A stretch of 25,577 nt of DNA from Fidelibacterota bacterium (GTDB lineage Bacteria; Fidelibacterota; Marinisomatia; Marinisomatales; JABMOV01). Positions 8,247-16,959 of this stretch are shown here, piece by piece (position 1 is the stretch's first letter; each line of letters opens with the position of its first letter). The position numbers were made by a program, and so were the translations under genes. Under the pieces are notes generated by a model. The model ran no database searches and had not been told where the DNA came from. It saw only the letters and a program-made list of their open reading frames with translations. The DNA lies in assembly GCA_046861395.1 (NCBI GenBank), contig JBHHUC010000029.1:1-25577 (forward strand), in the 5' to 3' direction.

Positions 8247-9434
8247 ATGGATTTGCCGATATCACCACTCTTTCTGCTTACCGGAATATCATTAATACTG
8301 ATCATTGCCGGTCTAATTGAATTTCACACCCATCAACTGGTTCTGCAGAAAGTCCCGGTTCGAATCCACGTAAACGGTACCCGGGGCAAATCCAGTGTTA
8401 CCCGTTTGATTGCTGCCGGACTCCGGGCCGGAGGTATCAGGGTTTTCGCAAAGACGACGGGTACGGCTCCCCGTGTAATCGATGCCGCCGGAGTTGACCG
8501 TGTCATCCATCGCTTGCGCAAAGCATCGATTGGCGAACAGGTGCGACTCATGCGCTTCTTTGCCCGGGAAAAAGCGGAAGTGGTTGTCATCGAATGCATG
8601 GCGGTTCAGCCCCAGTATCAATGGATTTCGGAACATCAGATGATAAAAGCAAAAATAGGTGTGATAACCAATGTCCGTCCTGATCATTTGGATGAAATGG
8701 GACCGACGATGAAAGATATTACTCTTTCGCTGGGGAATACGATTCCAGTAAACGGCGCTGTCGTAACGGCCGATGAATCGGCTTATCCCGTTCTGGCCGA
8801 TATCGCTGCCAGCCGCCAATCATCCATTAAGCTTATTGATGAAAATGCGATTTCACGGGAAGATTTATTGCGTTTTTCATATATTGAACATCCTCAGAAT
8901 ATTGCCCTGGCTCTGGATGTTTGTGAAAAAATGGGCGTAGATCAGCGGACAGCCCTAGACGGCATGGTAACCGTACAACCTGATCTCGGAGCATTGATAG
9001 TCTGGAACCTGGATTTCTCCGGCAAATCGGTATTGTTCATCAATGGGATGGCGGCCAACGACCCCGTATCGACCTTGCAGATCTGGAATTTCATCATTGA
9101 TCGTTACCCAGTGGAGGGTGAAATATGTATTTTCCTCAATACCAGGGAAGATCGTAAAACCCGCACCCGGCAAATGTTACAATTGGTCATGGAAAACATC
9201 AAACCGAACCGGCTAGTGGTCCGCGGGAAAAATATCAAATCTATTCTTCAACATTTAAAACATTATTCACCGGAGACCGAAATGGCGGTTGTACCAATGG
9301 ATGCTCCGGTGGGCGAAACGATTGAACATTTGCAGAAATGCTCACGTGATTCTCTCATCTTTGCCATTGGAAACCAGGTGGGAAAAGGACAGGAAATTCT
9401 CATTGCCATGAAGGGATATCGAACTCATGGCTGA
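8247..9434 (+). CDS. pgsB: Poly-gamma-glutamate synthase PgsB/CapB (Mur-ligase-like ATP-dependent amide ligase)
   Basis: N-terminal TM helix, then RIHVNGTRGKSSVTRLIAAGL P-loop, AKTTGT, IECMAVQP, ITNVRPDHLDEMGPT, PDLGAL, NGMAANDPVST and NTREDR, all CapB/PgsB hallmarks. Confidence 0.95.
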   Translation: MDLPISPLFLLTGISLILIIAGLIEFHTHQLVLQKVPVRIHVNGTRGKSSVTRLIAAGLRAGGIRVFAKTTGTAPRVIDAAGVDRVIHRLRKASIGEQVRLMRFFAREKAEVVVIECMAVQPQYQWISEHQMIKAKIGVITNVRPDHLDEMGPTMKDITLSLGNTIPVNGAVVTADESAYPVLADIAASRQSSIKLIDENAISREDLLRFSYIEHPQNIALALDVCEKMGVDQRTALDGMVTVQPDLGALIVWNLDFSGKSVLFINGMAANDPVSTLQIWNFIIDRYPVEGEICIFLNTREDRKTRTRQMLQLVMENIKPNRLVVRGKNIKSILQHLKHYSPETEMAVVPMDAPVGETIEHLQKCSRDSLIFAIGNQVGKGQEILIAMKGYRTHG

Positions 9435-9876
9435 AATTACCGTAGGATTGGGAATCGCCTTAAGTTTGCTATTGTCGGAATTTCTCGGTGTGACGGCCGG
9501 TGGAATTATTGTTCCCGGCTACATCGCCCTATATTTGCACCAACCGGTTCAGGTTGTGGTGACCTTTCTGGTAGCATTGTTAGTCTTCGGAATTATCAAA
9601 GTCCTGAGTCATTATATGTTCATCTATGGGAAACGCCGGATTGTATTGGCGATCATTCTGGGATTCCTGTTTGGTTTCATAACGCGGAATTATCTTTTCA
9701 GTCCGGTCAGTACCATCTCATTTGCGGTCATCGGCAATATCATTCCCGGACTGATCGCCAACTGGATGGATCGCCAGGGCGTTCTGAAGACATTATCCGT
9801 TGTTATGATTACAGCCGTCCTGGTAAAATTGGTCGTAATTTTGTTGAGTGGGGGGCAATTATTTGAAACCCTCTAA
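9427..9876 (+). CDS. pgsC: Poly-gamma-glutamate biosynthesis membrane protein PgsC/CapC
   Basis: 149-aa hydrophobic protein with GVTAGGIIVPGYIAL, IYGKRR and IGNIIPGLIANWMDRQG motifs. Overlaps the pgsB stop. Confidence 0.95.
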   Translation: MAEITVGLGIALSLLLSEFLGVTAGGIIVPGYIALYLHQPVQVVVTFLVALLVFGIIKVLSHYMFIYGKRRIVLAIILGFLFGFITRNYLFSPVSTISFAVIGNIIPGLIANWMDRQGVLKTLSVVMITAVLVKLVVILLSGGQLFETL

Positions 9877-11011
9877 TCAACCGTTCATTCCTTCTATCCA
9901 GCGCACAGCGACCTTGGTGTGGTTGGCCCTGCTCAGTATGCTGTGCATTACCATCGCCCTGAATTCTAAAGTGGTTCATATTTCACCCACTTATGAAATA
10001 AAGATAAAAGCGGCGCAACGCATGCTCGACGCAATGACATTGCTGAAAGAGACGCGGATGGAAAGTAGTGTTTTCATAGATGTGGAAAACGACCCCAATG
10101 AAACGGGGTTGGTGGGGAATCAATTCAGTCTGATCACGACGGATGAAGGCGACCTGGATGCCAAACTTACCACCCTGGATCCCAATTTTGCCGCTGCCAT
10201 GGTGGAATTATTCACCCGTGCCGGATTTGAAGCGGGGGACACGTTAGCAATGATGGTCACGGGCTCCATGCCGGGGAGCAATATTGCCGTACTAATCGCA
10301 TGTGAAGTAATGTCGATTACGCCCATTGTTATTTCCTCTGTTGGAGCCTCCCAGTGGGGTGCCAATCAGCCTGATTTTAACTGGCTTGACATGGAGGAGA
10401 TTCTCTATGATAACGGTTTCATTCATCACCGATCCATTGCCGCTTCCATTGGCGGAAGAAATGACATGGGACGACTGTTAAGCCCCAAAGGACGACGACT
10501 GATAGAAGAATCGATTGAACATCATGGTTTATACCTGATAAAAAATACTTCATTGAAGGAAAATGTTCAGGAACGATTGACCTTGCTGGCTTCAATCCGG
10601 CCTTTGGACAGGTATGATGGGTTTATTAATATCGGCGGGGGTGTCGCCAGCCTGGGTACAACATTCAATCATAAGTTATTACCACCTGGCATCGTTACCC
10701 GTGCGGAAGTGGAGGCCATAACCCGTCCCGGGGGAATAGAAGGTGTTTTGAGCCATTTTGCCAAATCCGGTGTCCCCGTAATTCATGTATTGAATATTCA
10801 ACGATTGACGGAAATGTTGGGAATGCCGTATGCACCCATACCCTGGCCGGAAATCGGCGAAGGCGATTTATACTCGCAAAAACGCTATAATTTGGTCATT
10901 GGTTTTCTCAGCCTTTTAGTAGTCGGTGGTGCCGCCTTTATTATTGGGTATCGCAGTTTGCAGCAAATTAAACAAAGAATGGAAGAACATGAGCCGGACA
11001 GCGTCCTTTAA
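9863..11011 (+). CDS. pgsW: Poly-gamma-glutamate system protein (PgsW-like)
   Basis: N- and C-terminal TM helices. Motifs DPNETGLVG, ITTDEGDLDAKLTTLDPNFAA, GSMPGSNIA, ISSVGASQWGAN and FINIGGGVASLG, recognised from the family that accompanies pgsBC outside Bacillus. TTG at 9863 preferred over GTG at 9848. Confidence 0.85.
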   Translation: MKPSNQPFIPSIQRTATLVWLALLSMLCITIALNSKVVHISPTYEIKIKAAQRMLDAMTLLKETRMESSVFIDVENDPNETGLVGNQFSLITTDEGDLDAKLTTLDPNFAAAMVELFTRAGFEAGDTLAMMVTGSMPGSNIAVLIACEVMSITPIVISSVGASQWGANQPDFNWLDMEEILYDNGFIHHRSIAASIGGRNDMGRLLSPKGRRLIEESIEHHGLYLIKNTSLKENVQERLTLLASIRPLDRYDGFINIGGGVASLGTTFNHKLLPPGIVTRAEVEAITRPGGIEGVLSHFAKSGVPVIHVLNIQRLTEMLGMPYAPIPWPEIGEGDLYSQKRYNLVIGFLSLLVVGGAAFIIGYRSLQQIKQRMEEHEPDSVL

Positions 11012-11873
11012 AATTCTGCTAACAATCCTGGTCTCTCTGGGATTATCATCCGTTCTGTCGGCGAAACTATTGAAGCCGGTAAAAAATGGAGAAAAGAAAG
11101 AAATCCTTATCGTCAATTCCAAGCGTCGTCTTTATTATCCCGTGGAAGACGAAGGATTAACCTATCTGGTACAGGGACCGACGAGGATTGAATTTATTTC
11201 CCGTTATCCCTACCCCGGTAAAACCAAGAAGCGGCAAAGTTTCAAATATACCATTATCCTGGATAAGAGTGATTCGATCCATGTCAGTCATCGCTATAAA
11301 ATTCAATCATCGATAAAATCTGTCCAGCACCCCAATCATTCCTATACCTATTCCGGGAACTATTTTATCAATATTCCGGATGGGCAACATGAAATACGGG
11401 TGATTCCACCGCGCAGTAAACAAAAATATCCCGTATTGATTCGTGTGCTCAGTAAGGAATTCGATCCGCCCAGGAATAAATCGACGGTGTTGGTGCCGAT
11501 GGTATCCCAGTCCGCCAGGCATATTAATATAGAATCATCGGTGGTTTCATATTATTCCGGTACGAAAATGACACCGTTGCAGGTCGAGGTAAAAGGTAAT
11601 AAGACATTGCGAATCTATACTCGGCTGGCCTTCGAGGACTGGATGGGGCGGGAGGAATCCTACCGAATTCGTGTGCGCGAGGGAAAAAAGGTGATCGGGA
11701 CCTATTATTTCAGCTCTGAACGATCCAGCGATGCGATTATTGCGGAAGAACCGGAACGGGTACCGGGGAAATGGCGCAGTTGTGAAATCCATACACCGGA
11801 CAGAGGTGCTTCCTATACCATTGAAGTGGTCGAGAGTGACAGGGAAGTTTTGATGAGGTTTCTTGAATATTGA
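10989..11873 (+). CDS. Exported basic hypothetical protein with two similar beta-rich domains
   Basis: ATG at 10989 gives a clean signal peptide (MSRTASFKILLTILVSLGLSSVLSA). Lys/Arg-rich. Internal similarity YY..GLTYLVQGPTRIEFISR versus YY..PLQVEVKGNKTLRIYTR. Confidence 0.75.
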   Translation: MSRTASFKILLTILVSLGLSSVLSAKLLKPVKNGEKKEILIVNSKRRLYYPVEDEGLTYLVQGPTRIEFISRYPYPGKTKKRQSFKYTIILDKSDSIHVSHRYKIQSSIKSVQHPNHSYTYSGNYFINIPDGQHEIRVIPPRSKQKYPVLIRVLSKEFDPPRNKSTVLVPMVSQSARHINIESSVVSYYSGTKMTPLQVEVKGNKTLRIYTRLAFEDWMGREESYRIRVREGKKVIGTYYFSSERSSDAIIAEEPERVPGKWRSCEIHTPDRGASYTIEVVESDREVLMRFLEY

Positions 11874-12910
11874 AGTTTCCGGTCCCATTCATATTTTTAC
11901 TGGGAACAGTCTGGGCCGTGAATTGGAACGGTTTCTTTCCTATATCGAATTCATTTAGAATCATTTCCGGATACGATTCAAACGTGTTACGCCTATCACA
12001 ACAGGAGAAAGCCAAGGCACGTTTCGATGAGAATATTCTTGGAGCGGCTGACACTTTCGACTCAGCCTTTCTCCGTCTGGGATATTCACTTACGTCGACT
12101 TACCGGCTGGAGCAGCGCCATTCCTACCTGAAAATGCGGGGTGAAATCACATTCACGGATTACACGCATACACCCGACAAATCCTATTGGTCGGCAAATA
12201 GTTCATTGATCTACCAGCGGAAATACCACCAAAGGGTGGAAGTTAAATTTCGCCACTTGAACCGATATTATTTACGTGATTACAAGAATCGTGATATTTC
12301 CTCCATTGAATATGCCAATTGCTTTTTTACGGATCAGTCTGCGACTGTATCCGGGACCATGCCGATAACAAGTTTGCTATGGCTCAAAGGCGGTTTCGGT
12401 CTCACGAAACGTTACTATAATTCGGCCTTTGCAGAATTTGACCTGGATATTTATACGACAAGAATCCGGGCCACCATGCGACCGGTCCGTTGGTTTCAGA
12501 CCGCCTTAGAATACAGCCGCAGCCGGGCACAGAACATCACTTACCTAAAGACCGCCCGCAGCAGTGATTTCGACCGTACATATTCCAGCCGGGAAGTATA
12601 TATTCCCATCATTATTCGACCAGGCTCATTCCTTTTCCAGCGAATAGGATTTTCCTTTCGACAGGAAAACCGGTCCTATATTGCCGAAGCTTTGGATGAT
12701 CCGGTGCACGCCGGCCGTAATCACATTGACAGGAAACTCGATTTCTGGCTTCAGGAAAATATTACGGATGATATTGACGTTACGTTCAATATTCGTTACC
12801 GGACCAGACAGACGAAGAGTGATTATGCCTGGGTTGGCGAATTGAAATCATTTAACCAATGGCAGAGCCGGATTACAATCACCAAAGGATTTATCTATGA
12901 CCGCTATTAG
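11870..12910 (+). CDS. Putative outer-membrane beta-barrel protein
   Basis: TTG start overlapping the upstream TGA, short signal peptide, GYDSNV near the N-terminus. Many alternating amphipathic strands rich in Tyr/Phe/Arg, and an aromatic C-terminal residue. Confidence 0.65.
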   Translation: MKFPVPFIFLLGTVWAVNWNGFFPISNSFRIISGYDSNVLRLSQQEKAKARFDENILGAADTFDSAFLRLGYSLTSTYRLEQRHSYLKMRGEITFTDYTHTPDKSYWSANSSLIYQRKYHQRVEVKFRHLNRYYLRDYKNRDISSIEYANCFFTDQSATVSGTMPITSLLWLKGGFGLTKRYYNSAFAEFDLDIYTTRIRATMRPVRWFQTALEYSRSRAQNITYLKTARSSDFDRTYSSREVYIPIIIRPGSFLFQRIGFSFRQENRSYIAEALDDPVHAGRNHIDRKLDFWLQENITDDIDVTFNIRYRTRQTKSDYAWVGELKSFNQWQSRITITKGFIYDRY

Positions 12911-13949
12911 GAAAAACATATTCATCGGAGTAGCCATTCTCGGTATCTGGAGCTGTATAAAACCAGAATATGATTCCATCTGGACCCTGGAATTACAGGA
13001 AATTCACAATACCATCGGCTATTGTCGGGATGTGGCCATTCATGGCGATTTCGCATTTGTTGCTGCCGGTCAGGCTGGCGTACAAATATGGGATCGGACC
13101 CGCCAGGGTGATGACGCACTAATCATGGCTCTGGATTCCATTTCACCCCTGGATGATTTCAATGATATTTCCATCGTAGCCTATGATACCTTGAATCGTA
13201 TTTTATTTGCCGTGGAAAATAATAACCGGGTGCGGGTAATCGATGTAGGCGATCCGGCGAATCCGGAATATCAAGGTGAGGAATTAAGTGAGAAATCCCG
13301 GGATGTTGTAATAAAAAGTGAGCCGGGACGATTCCTGATGTTGGTGGCTGACAATGATGACGGTCTGAAATGGGCTTCTTTTAAACTGGATACAATTCCC
13401 GTGGGAAATGATACCTTGTATTTATGGTCCAACTATGCCGGTGGTGAAATCCCTACGCCTGGTGCTCCCACCGGTATAGCATACTTCGGGAATATGATTG
13501 CCATGAGTGTGGGACAGAAGGGGTTTGAACTGTATTCTTATCAATCCTTTACCGAAGCACCTGGTTTGGTTGGTCGTTATGATACACAAGGTTACGCTTC
13601 TTCCGTCACAATGCCGGATGAAAATACGGTATTTGTGGCAAGCGATGATGGTGGTGCCTATTATTTCGACCTTATGACGCTTCCCGTTGATACCAGCGGT
13701 CGGGTCGTGACCGGCAAGGGTGTTCGGTTTGCCGAAGGTCTGAGCGTTGATCATGTTAGTGTGGAAGGTAACGTTGCAGTATTGTCCTTGGGATCGGGAG
13801 GATTGGCACTCTATGATGTGAGTCACAGGGACCGGCCTGAATCGCGAGGTATCTTCGATATAGGGTACACTTACCGCTCTGAACTGGCGGGCGGAACGCT
13901 ATTCGCTGCAACGAGAGAAGGATTGCAGATTATTCAAATTAAACAGTGA
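12897..13949 (+). CDS. Lipoprotein with LVIVD-type beta-propeller repeats
   Basis: Lipobox-like LGIWSC after a hydrophobic stretch. Repeats GYCRDVAIHGDFAFVAAGQAGVQIWD, GYASSVTMPDENTVFVASDDGGAYYFD, VDHVSVEGNVAVLSLGSGGLALYDVS, GYTYRSELAGGTLFAATREGLQIIQI. Confidence 0.8.
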   Translation: MTAIRKNIFIGVAILGIWSCIKPEYDSIWTLELQEIHNTIGYCRDVAIHGDFAFVAAGQAGVQIWDRTRQGDDALIMALDSISPLDDFNDISIVAYDTLNRILFAVENNNRVRVIDVGDPANPEYQGEELSEKSRDVVIKSEPGRFLMLVADNDDGLKWASFKLDTIPVGNDTLYLWSNYAGGEIPTPGAPTGIAYFGNMIAMSVGQKGFELYSYQSFTEAPGLVGRYDTQGYASSVTMPDENTVFVASDDGGAYYFDLMTLPVDTSGRVVTGKGVRFAEGLSVDHVSVEGNVAVLSLGSGGLALYDVSHRDRPESRGIFDIGYTYRSELAGGTLFAATREGLQIIQIKQ

Positions 13950-13956
13950 CAGGATC

Positions 13957-16956
13957 ATGAAAAAATTCATTATTATTGTTTTCACCGTATTTTTAACAGC
14001 GCAAAGTCCATTGTGGGATGTACCGGCTGGAGCACCGATTCGACAAGGAATCCATGTCGAGTGGCAGCGGACCGTCGCACCGGGCGACAACGATGACGTT
14101 ATCGTTGTCTGGTCCGATACTCGGAACGGGTCGAGAAATATCTATGCCCAGAAAGTACTCCCGGATGGGAGTCAGTTATGGGGAGAATTCGGCTCACCCG
14201 TGACTAATTTACCTGGACGGCAGGAGGATCCCGTTGCCATTGAGGATGGTGCCGGAGGGGCTTTCATCGCCTGGGTGGATTACCGCTTTGACGTAGCAGG
14301 AGATATATTCGTACAACATATCAGTTCTTCCGGACAAGTTCTGATGAATCCGTCCGGTGTTCCTCTATGTCAGGTCGCAGGAACACAAATTACCATTGCC
14401 ATGTGTACTGACAGTCTGGGTGGTGTATTCGTCACTTGGCAGGATAACCGAAATGGTGTGGATCAGGATATTTATGGAACGCATATTTCCTTTGATAATA
14501 CGGTCCTGGCCGAAGGAACAGGACTGCCGCTGGCTACCATCAATGGTGACCAATATCGTAAGAGTCTGGAATATAGCGGAAATCATCAAGCACAGTTAAC
14601 GTGGACGGACGAAAGAGACGCGGTTAATCCTGAGATTTATGTTCAACGGTTTAACCCGGATATGTCCCTGATTTTCACTGAAAATGGAATAAATATATCC
14701 AACCACGAAGCCCTGGATGTGGGACCAAGGACCACATTCATGCGTGGTGACACCAGCCTCATAGCCTGGCAAAACGGTGATTTTCTTACGTCAAAAGTAT
14801 TGTATCAAATCATATCCAGCACCGGTCCCTTGTTTACCGCTCCCGGTGAAGTGACCAATGATCCCGCCATTGAACTGAGTCCCCGTATCAAGCGGGACGA
14901 CCTGGGTAATGTATTCATTGAATGGAAAGATTTACGCTTTGATCCGGTGAATGGTGATCATTTCGTGCAAAAAGTAACCCCACTGGGCACTCTGGCCTGG
15001 GATTCCACGGGTATCCTGCTCGATACGACGGATATGGTCAATCTGAATGTGCGGTTTGCTCCTGATAATTCCGGCGGGGCATATTTTTTCTGGGAACAGG
15101 GGACTTTTCCGCAAGTCGATATTCAATCGGTACATATTTTATCTGATGGAAGCAAAACATATGTTCCCGTAACAAATCAGCCGGGGTACCAATTTGCTCC
15201 CATTGCCGGTTCGTCGGGAGCGGGAGATGTCTTTATCATTTATGCCGACCAGGAAACGGGCAGCGTCTATTTGAAATGTCAGTTAATTTCGGGCGACCAA
15301 CTTCAGTTTTCCACCCCGGGACTTACTCTCCGGACGGGGCTGGATGGTGATGTAAAATATGTGCAACACGGTCTGACGTCCGATGGTGTGCAGCTATCAT
15401 GGGAAGACAGCCGCGACGGTAAAAAAATATGGGGGACTGCCATCGCAGTTGATGGAACCATTTCGGAATATAACGGTCACATTATGAGTTATGGTGATTC
15501 CCAATCTGTCCCGGCGGAAACGGAACCGGAGTTACTGGTGACCGACGGTAATATTTACACGTCCTATTTTTCCACGGTAACTGGAGTGAGTCAAATTCGT
15601 ATTAATAAATTGTCGATCGATATGTTAAACCTTTGGGATTCCACCGGGGTCATTGTATATGATGGAATTACTGACCAGCGGCGGTCGCGATTGATCGACA
15701 CTCCGAATGGTTTGGGGGTATTCTGGTCCGATATACGGAATAATATTGATTTTGATTTGTATTACCAGGTTTTGGATGCCGGTGGACTACCCTTATTGCC
15801 CGATGGCGGTGTTCTGATTGCTGATGCCCAATGGGTGGATGATTATGTTGTTGATGTTTTCCCCACGCCTGATAATCATATTTTAGTAATTGCCCAGGAA
15901 GACAGCTGGGGAAGCGGAAAGTATATTGCGAAGAAGATCGATTATAATGGTACACCCGCCGCCGACTGGCCTTCTTCCGGTATCATTCTGGCCGGACCAA
16001 TGGGTGATCCTGACAATTTGGTGGGGAAAATTATCGGCCCGTCGCAAGGCATATTTTTTGTCTGGACCGAGATCAATAATTTTTCCTCGGATGTGAAGGC
16101 CCAGGTACTACATTGGGACGGTACAACCGCCTGGTTCCAGGGCGGGACCTATTTAACGACTGCGGACAATGATCAATCGCATCTGGCCTTCGATTTTTCC
16201 CGCGACAGTTCGAAGGCCCTGGTTGTGTGGGAAGATTTTCAAAATGGATTGGATTTCAATATCAGCGGTCAGTTGGTCGACCTGGATAATGCCAGTTTAT
16301 TGGGCGATAATATTTTATTTACATCCGATACTAGTTTCCAGATTAATCCCACAGTCCAATCCATCAGCGAAGACCAGTTTGTGATTGTATGGGAAGATGC
16401 CCGGGGCATAAATAATCCCGATCCGGCCATCGCCATTGGCAATGATTTGTATGAAACATGGTTTTCGATGTCGGAACAATCTTTCGTATTGGATGGGGCA
16501 CCTCTTATCCAGGAATTCCACCGACAGGAAAATGCGGCATTTGCCCGCTTATCGGACACAGAATTGTTGTTGTACTGGGTTGATCTTCGTTCCAGCGGGA
16601 AAGAAGACTTTTCCAGTCTATACGGTAAACTCTACCTGAGCAGCGATTTCCTGACGGCTATTCCCAATCCTATTCCCGCCACCTATCCGACAGCAGTTGC
16701 CTTTCCCAACCCGTTCAATGGTAAAACCGTCATTTCCTTTTCGGTTCCTGAAGTGGCTCCCGTCTCCATTGCCATCGTAAATCTCATGGGACAGCAGATT
16801 TATGATGCCGTTATCGAACCTCAGTATCCCGGAAATTATCAATTTACCTGGTCGGGGAATGATATATTGCACCGTCCTGTAAGCAGTGGCGTTTATCTTT
16901 ATAAGATACAGGTAAATGATATAATATACAGCGGTAAATTGATGTACTTAAAGTAA
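13957..16956 (+). CDS. Secreted repeat (beta-propeller) protein with T9SS type A / FlgD-Ig C-terminal sorting domain
   Basis: Signal peptide and about 16 repeats of hhhWxDxR(N)G..DIYxQ. C-terminal FPNPFN...NLMGQQI...WSG...VSSGVYLYKI...KLMYLK from 16702. Confidence 0.85.
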   Translation: MKKFIIIVFTVFLTAQSPLWDVPAGAPIRQGIHVEWQRTVAPGDNDDVIVVWSDTRNGSRNIYAQKVLPDGSQLWGEFGSPVTNLPGRQEDPVAIEDGAGGAFIAWVDYRFDVAGDIFVQHISSSGQVLMNPSGVPLCQVAGTQITIAMCTDSLGGVFVTWQDNRNGVDQDIYGTHISFDNTVLAEGTGLPLATINGDQYRKSLEYSGNHQAQLTWTDERDAVNPEIYVQRFNPDMSLIFTENGINISNHEALDVGPRTTFMRGDTSLIAWQNGDFLTSKVLYQIISSTGPLFTAPGEVTNDPAIELSPRIKRDDLGNVFIEWKDLRFDPVNGDHFVQKVTPLGTLAWDSTGILLDTTDMVNLNVRFAPDNSGGAYFFWEQGTFPQVDIQSVHILSDGSKTYVPVTNQPGYQFAPIAGSSGAGDVFIIYADQETGSVYLKCQLISGDQLQFSTPGLTLRTGLDGDVKYVQHGLTSDGVQLSWEDSRDGKKIWGTAIAVDGTISEYNGHIMSYGDSQSVPAETEPELLVTDGNIYTSYFSTVTGVSQIRINKLSIDMLNLWDSTGVIVYDGITDQRRSRLIDTPNGLGVFWSDIRNNIDFDLYYQVLDAGGLPLLPDGGVLIADAQWVDDYVVDVFPTPDNHILVIAQEDSWGSGKYIAKKIDYNGTPAADWPSSGIILAGPMGDPDNLVGKIIGPSQGIFFVWTEINNFSSDVKAQVLHWDGTTAWFQGGTYLTTADNDQSHLAFDFSRDSSKALVVWEDFQNGLDFNISGQLVDLDNASLLGDNILFTSDTSFQINPTVQSISEDQFVIVWEDARGINNPDPAIAIGNDLYETWFSMSEQSFVLDGAPLIQEFHRQENAAFARLSDTELLLYWVDLRSSGKEDFSSLYGKLYLSSDFLTAIPNPIPATYPTAVAFPNPFNGKTVISFSVPEVAPVSIAIVNLMGQQIYDAVIEPQYPGNYQFTWSGNDILHRPVSSGVYLYKIQVNDIIYSGKLMYLK

Positions 16957-16959
16957 ACT

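Noticed and set aside
8247..9434. MurC-F, FolC or cyanophycin synthetase assignment for the ligase
   Set aside because: CapB-specific motifs (ECMAVQP, AANDP.ST) and the adjacent capC identify it as PgsB.
10926..10988. Upstream GTG start for the basic exported protein
   Set aside because: It overlaps pgsW by 86 bp, whereas the ATG at 10989 yields a clean signal peptide.
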